In this document: one piece after another, positions 18,674 to 27,764 of the stretch | Layout: each line of letters opens with the position of its first letter | How positions within the stretch are numbered: the first letter of the stretch is position 1 | Assembly (NCBI GenBank): GCA_017500845.1 | Contig: JAFVXY010000005.1 | Coordinates: 57,246-121,245 of the forward strand | DNA: 64,000 nucleotides | From: Clostridia bacterium | Lineage (GTDB): Bacteria; Bacillota; Clostridia; Christensenellales; Pumilibacteraceae | Direction: 5' to 3' | The notes under the pieces: model-generated | Seen by the model: only the letters and a program-made list of their open reading frames with translations | The model's database searches: none | Told to the model about the DNA's origin: nothing | Program-made: the position numbers and the translations under genes

Positions 18674-19831
18674 CTAACCTGCCATTTCCACAGCTTTCTT
18701 TGCCGCAGATCTAAGGTCGTCACACGCATAAATTTTGAGTCCGGACTCCTTAAGAATTTCCTTGCCGCGCTCTACGTTGGTGCCGTCAAGACGAACAACG
18801 AGCGGAACGTTGAGACCAACCTCTCTTGCGGCAATTACGATACCCTCTGCAATAACGTCACACTTAACGATACCACCGAAGATATTTACGAGAATTGCCT
18901 TAACCTGCTTGTCGGACAAGAGCTTGAATGCCGCAGTAACACGCTCGGTAGTAGCTGTGCCACCTACATCGAGGAAGTTAGCAGGCTCTCCACCAAATGC
19001 GTGAATAATATCCATAGTTGCCATTGCAAGACCTGCGCCGTTTACCATGCAACCGATAGAGCCGTCAAGCGATACGTAGTTGAGGTCGTGCTGACCTGCC
19101 TCATACTCCTTGGGGTTCTCCTCGTGAATGTCACGAAGCTCCAAAATATCGGGGTGACGGAAGGTTGCGTTGTCGTCAAAGTTTACCTTGCCGTCGATAG
19201 CAATAAGCTTGCCCTCTTCGGTTTCTACAAGCGGATTAACCTCGACGAGCGAGCAATCCTTTTCGACAAAAAGCTTATACATATTCTTAAGCATAACGAT
19301 AAATTCCTTTACGTTAGCCTTGGGAATGCCTATACGATTTGCAACGTAGCGAGCCTGGTAATCCTTGATACCTGTAATGGGGCTTACAAGCTGCTTAACG
19401 ATAAGCTCGGGCTGATTAGCCGCGATTTCCTCGATTTCAGTTCCGCCTGCGCCGGATGCAATAATTACTATTGCCGCGTGCTCGTTGTCGATAGCAAGCG
19501 AGAGGTAATATTCCTTCTTAATATTTACCGCGTCGGTAACAAGCACCTTGCGAACAAGCTTACCCTCTGCGCCGGTTTGCTTGTTTACGATACGCATACC
19601 GATGATCTTTTCGGCAGCTGCCTCCACCTCTTGAATGGAGCGAGCAAGCTTAACGCCGCCTGCCTTACCTCTGCCGCCACAATGAGCCTGTGCCTTTACT
19701 ACGTACATAGAAGCGTTAAGCTTTTTTGCACACTCTACGGCTTGCTCTTTGGTTTCGGCAACGTAGCCCTCTTGGGTGGTTACGTTGTATTTAGCAAATA
19801 ATTCTTTTGCTTGATATTCGTGAATTTTCAT
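18674..19831 (-). CDS. sucC: Succinyl-CoA synthetase beta subunit
   Basis: [15 protein letters not shown]-grasp blocks, [11 protein letters not shown] and NIFGGIV. Confidence 0.97.
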   Translation of the reverse strand: MKIHEYQAKELFAKYNVTTQEGYVAETKEQAVECAKKLNASMYVVKAQAHCGGRGKAGGVKLARSIQEVEAAAEKIIGMRIVNKQTGAEGKLVRKVLVTDAVNIKKEYYLSLAIDNEHAAIVIIASGAGGTEIEEIAANQPELIVKQLVSPITGIKDYQARYVANRIGIPKANVKEFIVMLKNMYKLFVEKDCSLVEVNPLVETEEGKLIAIDGKVNFDDNATFRHPDILELRDIHEENPKEYEAGQHDLNYVSLDGSIGCMVNGAGLAMATMDIIHAFGGEPANFLDVGGTATTERVTAAFKLLSDKQVKAILVNIFGGIVKCDVIAEGIVIAAREVGLNVPLVVRLDGTNVERGKEILKESGLKIYACDDLRSAAKKAVEMAG

Positions 19832-19840
19832 ATAAACTCC

Positions 19841-20377
19841 TTAGATGTTTTCTGCAAGCTTTTGTCCTGCATGCAAAGCCTTGCGGTTGATTTCCTCGGT
19901 TCCCTTAGGGATCTGACGAAGAACAGCTGCCTCGAGGTCTTCCTTGCTTACAAGCTTCAAAATACCGTTGATTGCGGCAACGGCAACGATATTTGCCGTA
20001 AACGCCTTGCCAACCTCGGTCTTTGCGGTGTCGAGAATGGGAAGTGAATAAACCTTTTTTGCCTTTATGGCTTCGGGGACGGTAAGCGTGGAGTCTGCAA
20101 GTATTACGCAATCCTCGCCTGCTTCCACGCCGTACTTGTTAAGCGAAGCCTGAGTAAGCGCAAGCAAGAAGGTGGGATGAGTAACCTTGGTGAATCCGAT
20201 TTGCTCGTCGGATACGATAACCTCGGCTTTGCACATACCGCCACGAGCCTCGGGACCGTACGATTGAGATTGAGCCGTGTTTTTACCTGCAATAATAGCC
20301 GCCTCGGCAAGGATGATGGTGGCAAGGATAACGCCTTGTCCGCCCGAGCCTGCGAGTCTTATTTCCATCTTGCTCAT
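19841..20377 (-). CDS. korC: 2-oxoglutarate:ferredoxin oxidoreductase gamma subunit
   Basis: GSGGQGV, SYGPEARGG. Position in the kor cluster. Confidence 0.9.
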   Translation of the reverse strand: MSKMEIRLAGSGGQGVILATIILAEAAIIAGKNTAQSQSYGPEARGGMCKAEVIVSDEQIGFTKVTHPTFLLALTQASLNKYGVEAGEDCVILADSTLTVPEAIKAKKVYSLPILDTAKTEVGKAFTANIVAVAAINGILKLVSKEDLEAAVLRQIPKGTEEINRKALHAGQKLAENI

Positions 20378-21201
20378 TATCTTTCCTCCTTTCTTACTCT
20401 GTCGATAATCTTTTGATATTCCGAAGAGAACTCGGGGAAGTCGTTTTCGGCAATCTTACCGAGAATGAGCTTGCCTGCTTTCTCTTCTCTGGTCATCTTA
20501 GCAGCCTGCTCTACCGTGATGGTGTTGTCACGCTGATACTTCATCATATCTACAGCGCCGCCCTTTTTGTTCTTGCGACCGTAGTACGTGGGGCATACGC
20601 CTGCGCAATCAATAAGCGAGAAGCCCTTGTGCTTAATACCGTTTTCGATAAGCTTGATGGTTTGCTGTGCGTGATAAGCAGTACCCTTAGCAACGTACGA
20701 CGCGCCTGCGCCGGCCGCCAAAATCGCGATATCGAAGGGACGGTCGATGTTGCCGTAAGGAGCAGTCGTGCCAAGCTCACCCGTGGGAGTGGTGGGCGAA
20801 TACTGTCCGCCTGTCATACCGTAAATGTCGTTGTTAAATACGATAACCGTGATGCCGATGTTGCGGCGTGCGGCGTGAATAAGGTGGTTACCACCGATTG
20901 CCGCGCAGTCGCCGTCACCTGCGATTACGATAACCTCAAGGTCGGGACGAGCCATCTTTACGCCGGTTGCGAATGCGATTGCACGACCGTGCGTAGTATG
21001 CATGGTCTGGAAGTCCATATAACCTGCCGCGCGGGAAGCACAGCCGATACCCGAAACAAGGCAAACCTTTTCCTGGTCGATGCCGAGGTTCTTTACAGCC
21101 TGCGCAACGTCACGCATCAAAATTCCGTGTCCACAGCCGGGGCACCAAATGTGCGGAAGGTGCTCCTCTCTCATATATTTAAGAATAAGTTCGCTAGCCA
21201 T
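20377..21201 (-). CDS. korB: 2-oxoglutarate:ferredoxin oxidoreductase beta (TPP-binding) subunit
   Basis: WCPGCGHG, GDGD..AIGGNH and YGMTGGQ. I place the start at ATG 21201 (MASELIL), which overlaps the korA stop as TAATG. The tracked upstream extension lies inside korA. Confidence 0.92.
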   Translation of the reverse strand: MASELILKYMREEHLPHIWCPGCGHGILMRDVAQAVKNLGIDQEKVCLVSGIGCASRAAGYMDFQTMHTTHGRAIAFATGVKMARPDLEVIVIAGDGDCAAIGGNHLIHAARRNIGITVIVFNNDIYGMTGGQYSPTTPTGELGTTAPYGNIDRPFDIAILAAGAGASYVAKGTAYHAQQTIKLIENGIKHKGFSLIDCAGVCPTYYGRKNKKGGAVDMMKYQRDNTITVEQAAKMTREEKAGKLILGKIAENDFPEFSSEYQKIIDRVRKEER

Positions 21202-22331
21202 TATTTTACCTCCTCTACCGCTTTGATGATTTCTGCCGGAGTGATTACCGTGCCGTCTACCTTGCCTACAAAGCCAATCTTGCAATCCTTAACGATACGC
21301 TGAACCTCAAGCAAAATCTGTCCGTAGTTGTGCTCGGCAACGACGATGTTCTTAACCTTGGACGAAAGCGCCTTAAGCTGCTTTTCGGGGAATGGCCATA
21401 CGGTGATGGGACGGAAATAACCAACCTTTTCACCCTTAGCACGAAGCTCCTCGACAGCGGACATTACGCTACGAGCAGTACCGCCGTAGCAAACGATAAC
21501 CGTCTCGGCGTCATCGCAATATTTTTGCTCAAATTCAACGATATCGTCAACGTTGTTTTCGATCTTTTTCATAAGACGGGTTACAAGATTGTGTGCAACC
21601 TCGTTGCTGTTGGAGGGGAAGCCGTCCTCTGCATGTACAAGACCGGTGATGTTGTATCTGATGTCGTATCCCGTAAGGTGGAATCTGGGAACATCCTCGC
21701 CTTCGTTTACATGGTACGGAAGGTGCAATACGTCGGGACGAACCTTCATTTTACGCTCGATAATTTCTACCTCTTGCTCGTCGTCGATTTCGATACCCTC
21801 ACGAAGGTGTCCTACGATTTCGTCCATAAGGAAGATTACGGGAGTACGATATTTTTCTGCGAGGTTAAATGCCCTTATAATAAGGTTGTAGCATTCGGAT
21901 ACAGACGAAGGCGAAATTGCAATAATAGAATGGTCGCCGTGTGTACCCCAACGCGCCTGCATAACGTCACCCTGAGAGGGCGAGGTGGGAAGACCCGTCG
22001 AAGGACCGGAACGCTGTACGTCTACGATTACGCACGGAATTTCGGTAATGCAAGCATAGCCGATGTTCTCCTGCTTAAGCGAAAAGCCCGGGCCACTGGT
22101 TGCGGTCATGGTCTTTGTTCCTACCGCAGATGCGCCGATGATTGCCGCCATACTTGCGATTTCGTCTTCCATCTGAATAAACTTGCCGCCTACTTGCGGA
22201 AGTCTTACCGCAGAACGCTCGGCGATTTCGGTGGACGGCGTAATGGGATAACCTGCAAAGAATCTCATTCCTGCCTTGATTGCGCCTTCGACGCAAGCTT
22301 CGTTACCTTGCATCAAAACCTTATTCTTCAT
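21201..22331 (-). CDS. korA: 2-oxoglutarate:ferredoxin oxidoreductase alpha subunit
   Basis: GNEA..GAI.AG, FAGYPITPSTEI and TSGPGFSL. ATG 22331 lies 6 nt after GAGGAGG. Confidence 0.92.
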   Translation of the reverse strand: MKNKVLMQGNEACVEGAIKAGMRFFAGYPITPSTEIAERSAVRLPQVGGKFIQMEDEIASMAAIIGASAVGTKTMTATSGPGFSLKQENIGYACITEIPCVIVDVQRSGPSTGLPTSPSQGDVMQARWGTHGDHSIIAISPSSVSECYNLIIRAFNLAEKYRTPVIFLMDEIVGHLREGIEIDDEQEVEIIERKMKVRPDVLHLPYHVNEGEDVPRFHLTGYDIRYNITGLVHAEDGFPSNSNEVAHNLVTRLMKKIENNVDDIVEFEQKYCDDAETVIVCYGGTARSVMSAVEELRAKGEKVGYFRPITVWPFPEKQLKALSSKVKNIVVAEHNYGQILLEVQRIVKDCKIGFVGKVDGTVITPAEIIKAVEEVK

Positions 22332-22521
22332 CACGAACCTCCTCGATGTAAATAGCGTAGTCCGGGCATCTCAACTCGCACAAGCCGCACTTGATGCAGT
22401 CGTCGGGTTTTTCCACGGTAATCTTTTCTTTGACAACCTTAAGCACCTTTTTGGGGCAAAACTCTACGCAAATTCCGCAGCCCTTGCACCACGAAGGATC
22501 AACAACTAGTCTTTTAGTCAT
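22321..22521 (-). CDS. korD: 4Fe-4S ferredoxin-type delta subunit
   Basis: 66 aa with two CxxCxxCxxxCP motifs (CKGCGICVEFCP, CIKCGLCELRCP). Confidence 0.88.
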   Translation of the reverse strand: MTKRLVVDPSWCKGCGICVEFCPKKVLKVVKEKITVEKPDDCIKCGLCELRCPDYAIYIEEVRDEE

Positions 22522-22547
22522 ATAAAACAGCTCCTATTGTTTTTGTT

Positions 22548-22564
22548 AATATGGGCAGAATATT
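22548..22564. promoter_or_regulatory. Candidate LysR-type dyad (T-N11-A containing) in the kor leader
   Basis: AATATGGGCAGAATATT (AATAT-N7-ATATT), followed by a third AATAT half-site at 22573-22577. It lies between the kor and lysR starts. Confidence 0.35.
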
Positions 22565-22720
22565 CCCCGCCCAATATCAACCCTAACATTCTACCACAAA
22601 CCAAAGAAAATGTATAATGTTTTTGCGCTATAACACAACACTTTTATGGTTAAATCACCACAACCAAAAGACTGTGGATATATTTTTTTGAACAATTAAA
22701 TGGTTTAGACCAAAAATTTG

Positions 22721-22749
22721 TTGATTTTATGCGGCAAGTAAGCTATAAT
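22721..22749 (+). promoter_or_regulatory. Sigma-A-like promoter of the LysR gene
   Basis: TTGATT, 17-nt spacer, TATAAT. AGGAG SD at 22761-22765. Confidence 0.55.
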
Positions 22750-22771
22750 AGAAAGGAAAAAGGAGCACAAA

Positions 22772-23701
22772 ATGAACTTTTCTAACCTAGAATATTTTGT
22801 TACGGTCGCCGAAGAGCTTAATATAACCAAAGCGGCGGAAAGGCTTTATATTTCGCAACAGTCGCTATCAAACCAAATAATAAAGCTTGAAAACGAGCTT
22901 AACGTAAAGCTGTTTTCACGATCGCCTTCGCTAGCTTTGACGTATGCCGGCGAGACGTTGCTTAGACACGCAAAAAGCTTGCTTGACTCTCGCGACCAAA
23001 TGCTGAAGGAAATTGAGGACATAAAGGAAACCAAGCGCGGCACGATCAAAATCGGCGTTTCGCATACTCGAGGCAGAGTGCTTTTGCCCGACATTTTGCC
23101 ATCCTTCCAAGCAAAATATCCGCTTGTCGAGGTCAGCCTTGTCGAGGGCAACACCGAAACGCTGGAAAGCAAGCTTCGTCACGGCGAGGTTGACGTAGCA
23201 TTAAGCTTTGCACCACGCATTCAAGAAGGAATCGAAAGCGTCGAGCTTGTTACCGACAGACTTTTACTTGTCGTGCCTCATAAATTTATGGACGAGCTTT
23301 TTGGCGAGCAGGCTGACGCTATGCGTAAAAAGTTTACACATTCCGCCGATTTATCCGCCTTTAAGGATTGCCCATTTTTACTGCTTAACAAGGGCAACCG
23401 CATACGCACCCTGGTAGACTCTTGCTTTGAAAAAAACAAGATTACTCCCAATATCATTCTCGAAACCGAAAACACCGAAACGGCTTTTTCGCTTGCTCGC
23501 GTTGGCATGGGTATTACCGTATATCCCGCAATGTTTTTGAGCGGGGTGGGCACTGCCGCCGGCGAGGTGGACTTCTTCCCTATCATCGGCGAGGAAACGG
23601 CTACGCTTGTGGTAAGCTACGCGCAAGGCAGATATTTAAGCACTGCGGTAAAGGACTTTATAGATATTGCAGTAGGCGTTTGGCAACAAAGACAAATATA
23701 A
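22772..23701 (+). CDS. LysR-family transcriptional regulator
   Basis: N-terminal wHTH LEYFVTVAEELNITKAAERLYISQQSLSNQIIKLENEL and a C-terminal substrate-binding fold. Divergent from the kor-suc operon. Confidence 0.93.
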   Translation: MNFSNLEYFVTVAEELNITKAAERLYISQQSLSNQIIKLENELNVKLFSRSPSLALTYAGETLLRHAKSLLDSRDQMLKEIEDIKETKRGTIKIGVSHTRGRVLLPDILPSFQAKYPLVEVSLVEGNTETLESKLRHGEVDVALSFAPRIQEGIESVELVTDRLLLVVPHKFMDELFGEQADAMRKKFTHSADLSAFKDCPFLLLNKGNRIRTLVDSCFEKNKITPNIILETENTETAFSLARVGMGITVYPAMFLSGVGTAAGEVDFFPIIGEETATLVVSYAQGRYLSTAVKDFIDIAVGVWQQRQI

Positions 23702-23785
23702 CACCGGCACAAAAACGCCTATACGTACCTTTATTTTTTTGATATTTCATAATATCAAACACTTAATGTAATTACACTACGACAT

Positions 23786-23815
23786 AAAAAGGAGCAAGAA
23801 AGCTTGCTCCTTTTT
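23786..23815. terminator. Bidirectional intrinsic terminator
   Basis: AAAAAGGAGCAAG, loop AAAG, CTTGCTCCTTTTT. Confidence 0.75.
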
Positions 23816-23834
23816 GCTATTTCTTAATTTGATA

Positions 23835-24782
23835 TTACTTGTACTGTCTACGAACAAACAGATTTCCGTGTACCGTTTTGCGATAAAATTCAAGGCGGTT
23901 AGAAAACTCGTACACCAGCATATCCGGGTCGCTACGAAGCCTGAATATGCGAGGTTGCTCGTTGGCATCTTGCTCTAAATCTTCTCCGTCACGCCCCCAA
24001 CTGCTTTGGGTATCACGATCTGCTCTACCCCACGGGCTTACGCTTTCGTCATAACCTCTGTGCTGTCTTTGCGTAAAGTCAAACGAGACATCCTCCTGCG
24101 AATAATTCTCCTGTGGCTGAGTTTGCTCGTATTGAGGTTTAGAAAACTGCTGAGAAAAAGCTTGTTGAGGCTGCTCATATTGAGACTGAGAATAAGCTTG
24201 TTGAGGCTGCTCGTACTGAGGCTGAGGCGCAGGCTGAGCGTATCCGTACTGACCGTATTGCGGCGCACCGTACTGCTGTTGCGATGCTGACTGCGAGTAC
24301 TGCGACCCGAGGTACGGTTGATGTGCTTGCTCATACGGCTGTGCATACTGCGGGGGCTGCGGCATTTGCACCATAGGCTGCGGCGCGAGCTGTTGAACGT
24401 ATTGAGGCTGTTGAGGCACAGGCTGAGCAAATTCACCTTGCGGTATATTATCGCCTTCGTCATCTTCCTCGACTTTACGCTTTTTCTTTACCTCGGAAAT
24501 GCTGTAGCCAACGCCTTTTTTGCGTTTACGCTTTTTTGCCTCGTTATTGCTACGCACCATACTAAACCAAAGTGCTCCCAAAAAGGAAATAAACAATCCT
24601 ACGAAATAAACCGTGCCCGTATTTGCAAGCGGAACGTCAAGGAAAATAACCACGACTATAAGATACACCAAGCTGTAAAGCAAGGGCACCCAAAGTCCGA
24701 ACGCAAGAAGCAGCCACGCAACCACCCTTGCCACTCCGTCCACTATTTTCTTTAGTATTTTTAGTATCGCGCTGATTATCAT
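23835..24782 (-). CDS. Membrane protein with Q/P/Y-rich low-complexity repeat region
   Basis: Two or three N-terminal TM helices, a KKRKRKK patch, then about 130 aa of QPQYEQPQQA(Y/F)SQ-type repeats and a C-terminal globular-looking segment. The start overlaps the serS stop (TAATG). Confidence 0.72.
   Translation of the reverse strand: MIISAILKILKKIVDGVARVVAWLLLAFGLWVPLLYSLVYLIVVVIFLDVPLANTGTVYFVGLFISFLGALWFSMVRSNNEAKKRKRKKGVGYSISEVKKKRKVEEDDEGDNIPQGEFAQPVPQQPQYVQQLAPQPMVQMPQPPQYAQPYEQAHQPYLGSQYSQSASQQQYGAPQYGQYGYAQPAPQPQYEQPQQAYSQSQYEQPQQAFSQQFSKPQYEQTQPQENYSQEDVSFDFTQRQHRGYDESVSPWGRADRDTQSSWGRDGEDLEQDANEQPRIFRLRSDPDMLVYEFSNRLEFYRKTVHGNLFVRRQYK
24159..24230. repeat. Tandem 36-nt repeat inside the Q/P-rich CDS
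   Basis: AGCTTGTTGAGGCTGCTC recurs at 24159 and 24195. It encodes the QYEQPQQA(Y/F)SQ units. Confidence 0.7.
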
Positions 24783-26041
24783 TATCTTATAATATCCGTT
24801 CCCATATAAGGAATCAACGCTTGCGGCACGGTAACGCTACCGTCTGCGTTTTGGTACGTTTCGAGTATGGCGGCGGTCGTTCTGCCAACCGCAAGTCCAC
24901 TACCGTTGAGAGTATGGACAAACGCCGTACCGTTTTCGCCTCTGTACTTTATGTTCATTCTCCTTGCCTGATAGTCAAAGAAATTGGAGCAAGAGGAAAT
25001 TTCGACATATCTGTTGTAGCTGGGAAGCCATACCTCGATGTCGTAAGTCTTACCCGACGAGAAGCCGATATCGCCCGTGCAAAGCGAAACGACGCGGTAC
25101 GCAAGCCCAAGCTTTTGAAGTATAATCTCGGCATCGAAAGTAAGCGCCTCGAGCTCTGCCAAACTTTCCTCGGGACGCACGAACTTAACGAGCTCGACCT
25201 TGTTGAACTGATGCTGACGGATAAGTCCGCGTGTATCTCTGCCTGCGCTACCAGCCTCTGCCCTAAAGCATGCGGTGTATGCGCAGTACTTGATGGGCAA
25301 GCTGCTTGCGTCCAAAATATCGCCGCGGTGCATGTTGGTTACGGGAACCTCTGCCGTGGGAATAAGGAAATATCCGTTGTTCTTTACCGAGAAAGCGTCT
25401 TCCTCAAACTTGGGAAGCTGACCTGTACCGTACATGCTGTCGCGGTTGACCATATACGGCGGCATAACCTCGGTGTATCCACGCTGAGTGTGTGTATCAA
25501 GCATAAGGTTGATTATTGCTCGCTCTAATCTTGCGCCGAGGCCCTTATATACGGTAAATCTTGCACCTGCAATTTTTGCCGCGGTGGGCGCATCGAGAAT
25601 TTTGAGGTTTGCGCCAATGTCCCAATGGGGCTTAAGCTCAAAATCAGCCGTGCGCGGATTCCCCCAACGTCTTACCTCGACGTTGCAGGATTCGTCCTTA
25701 CCGACAGGGGTACTTTCATGCGGAAGATTGGGAATAGAAAGCACGGCTTCCTTTAGTGCCGGCTCGATTTCGGCGAGCTGAGCATCAAACTGCTTAATCT
25801 CCTCACCGAGCGCCTTCATTTTGGCAATAAGCTCGGTTGCATCGCCCTTGTTCCTTTTGATAACCGCAATTTCGTCGGTAACACGGTTACGCATTGCCTT
25901 TCGGTTTTCGGTTTCCACCAAAAGCTCACGGCGCTTAGCATACAATTCCTTTACGATGTCCACGTCATAGCTGCCGCTACGATTAGCAAGTTGTCTTTTG
26001 ACCTCTTCGGTATTTTCGGCTATAAACTTTACGTCAAGCAT
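24782..26041 (-). CDS. serS: Seryl-tRNA synthetase
   Basis: MLDVKFI N-terminus, coiled-coil arm, and class-II motifs ([30 protein letters not shown]). I prefer ATG 26041; the tracked start at 26047 is TTG. Confidence 0.96.
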   Translation of the reverse strand: MLDVKFIAENTEEVKRQLANRSGSYDVDIVKELYAKRRELLVETENRKAMRNRVTDEIAVIKRNKGDATELIAKMKALGEEIKQFDAQLAEIEPALKEAVLSIPNLPHESTPVGKDESCNVEVRRWGNPRTADFELKPHWDIGANLKILDAPTAAKIAGARFTVYKGLGARLERAIINLMLDTHTQRGYTEVMPPYMVNRDSMYGTGQLPKFEEDAFSVKNNGYFLIPTAEVPVTNMHRGDILDASSLPIKYCAYTACFRAEAGSAGRDTRGLIRQHQFNKVELVKFVRPEESLAELEALTFDAEIILQKLGLAYRVVSLCTGDIGFSSGKTYDIEVWLPSYNRYVEISSCSNFFDYQARRMNIKYRGENGTAFVHTLNGSGLAVGRTTAAILETYQNADGSVTVPQALIPYMGTDIIR

Positions 26042-26134
26042 AAACAAACCTTCTTTTAGTTAGTCGGACAAAAATACGCCCGCTTGCAACAATTATACAC
26101 CATAACGCCAACAAAATCAACATTTTTAGGTGAA

Positions 26135-27685
26135 TTAATTTAATAAAATGCATTTTGTTTTTAAAACCAGTATCAAAAGTGTTGCCGCGGCGGCTACCCC
26201 GGCAGTCAAAAGAGCAACGAGGTCACTTACATAAAGCCTTAGCACGAAATAAAGCGAAAACACAGCCGCAAAGCCGAATACACAAAATAGCGACTTTGCC
26301 TGCTTTTTGAAATAAAAGAACTTGCCAAACAGCTTTGTGGCGCAAACAAAATCAAGAAAAAAGGTAATCGTATAAAACAGCACGTTTGCAACCGCCGCCC
26401 CGTAAATTCCCATTATGGGAATAAGACCTGCCGTAGCCGCAACCTTTATACTTGCGCCTATAAGCAGATTGAATACCGGGGTTCTCGCTTTTCCTACTCC
26501 TTGCATCATTGCAGATGTCAACTGTATGCCGCCAAGGAAGAGTAAATTCACGCCCTCGATATGCAAAATCTTAGAAGCAACGGCGATTTCAGAGTCGGTA
26601 AGTCCACGCGAATACAGCAGGCTTAAAATGGGCTTTGGTGCAAAAACAAAGACTACGGTACAAGGAATTATTGTCAAAAGATACGTTGCCACGCTTTTAT
26701 CCACCACACCGTCCACGCACGTATGATTGCGATTGCACGCCGCTATACGAGGCAAAAGTGACGCGGCAAGCGAGATGGTAATTACCGTCGGCATATTAAG
26801 CAGTGACCCTACCGGGCCGTTGAAAACGCCGTAAAGAGCCGTCGCATTTACCTCTGCCATGCCACGCGCCTCAAGCAAGTTTACCACCAAAAAGCTGTCC
26901 AGCACCTGCGAGAACGGAAGCACGAGCGAGCCAAGCGTAACGGGAAGCGCCACTGTATAAATAGACCTTAGTATTTGCGCTGTGCGCACCGTTTTGGGCA
27001 TAACGGCGACGTCTGCCGCCGCTTCGGCTTGAAGCGTACCCTCTTGCTGTTTTTCGACAACAAAGGTAAATCGAAGTGCAAGATACATAAGCGCCACCGC
27101 CTCGGATAGCGATACGCCGAGTATTGCACCCATAACGCCGTACTCCACCCCATTGCCCACGAACAGTGCCGCAAAAATCAATCCAAGCGCAACCTTGACA
27201 ATCTGCTCGATAATTTGGCTGATACCGCTTGGAAACATATTGTGCATACCCTGAAAGTACCCTCGATAGCAAGCAATTAAGCCCGAAAAAAATACTGCAG
27301 GTGCGATTGCCGCGTACGAAAGCGCAGTCTTGGGATTGCCCTGTAAGGCGGCTATTCCATCACGCAAAAGAAAAAGAGCAAGTGCGGCAAATACACCAAA
27401 AACGGACAACCCTACTATGGTTATTTTTAATGCTCGTTTTGCTAAAGCGGTATCTCCGCTTGCCGTAAGCTCGCTGATGTACTTGCTGATTGCGGCAGGC
27501 ATACCGCCGCACCCCACCGCTAAAATAAGCGAATAAAGCGGAAAAATAAGCTGATACAGTCCCATTCCCTCCGCACCCAAAATATTGGTTAGCGGTAAGC
27601 GATAGAACATTCCTATCACCTTGCCTATTACGCCCAAAACGGCAAGCATTCCTGCCCCCGATGCAAACCTTTTCCACCTTTTCAT
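26135..27685 (-). CDS. MOP-superfamily flippase (SpoVB/MurJ-like polysaccharide biosynthesis protein)
   Basis: 516 aa, about 14 TM helices. N-terminal LGVIGKVIGMFYRLPLTNILGAEGMGLYQ is typical of the SpoVB/YtgP family. Confidence 0.85.
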   Translation of the reverse strand: MKRWKRFASGAGMLAVLGVIGKVIGMFYRLPLTNILGAEGMGLYQLIFPLYSLILAVGCGGMPAAISKYISELTASGDTALAKRALKITIVGLSVFGVFAALALFLLRDGIAALQGNPKTALSYAAIAPAVFFSGLIACYRGYFQGMHNMFPSGISQIIEQIVKVALGLIFAALFVGNGVEYGVMGAILGVSLSEAVALMYLALRFTFVVEKQQEGTLQAEAAADVAVMPKTVRTAQILRSIYTVALPVTLGSLVLPFSQVLDSFLVVNLLEARGMAEVNATALYGVFNGPVGSLLNMPTVITISLAASLLPRIAACNRNHTCVDGVVDKSVATYLLTIIPCTVVFVFAPKPILSLLYSRGLTDSEIAVASKILHIEGVNLLFLGGIQLTSAMMQGVGKARTPVFNLLIGASIKVAATAGLIPIMGIYGAAVANVLFYTITFFLDFVCATKLFGKFFYFKKQAKSLFCVFGFAAVFSLYFVLRLYVSDLVALLTAGVAAAATLLILVLKTKCILLN

Positions 27686-27764
27686 TAAAGGTAGTATGCT
27701 TATTTTTCACAGCAAAAAACCGCGATGCAGTCATAAATGCATACGCAAACAAATATAGTGTTAT

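Noticed and set aside
16845-22355. Series of long plus-strand ORFs (16845-17750, 17921-18655, 19001-19801, 20413-21303, 21330-22355) opposite the AAE-sucCD-kor genes
   Set aside because: All are antisense shadows of strongly recognisable minus-strand genes. Their translations are Arg/Cys/His-rich nonsense with no start signals.
26042-26134. T-box leader upstream of serS
   Set aside because: Only about 90 nt separate serS from the upstream flippase gene. No specifier or T-box elements are visible.
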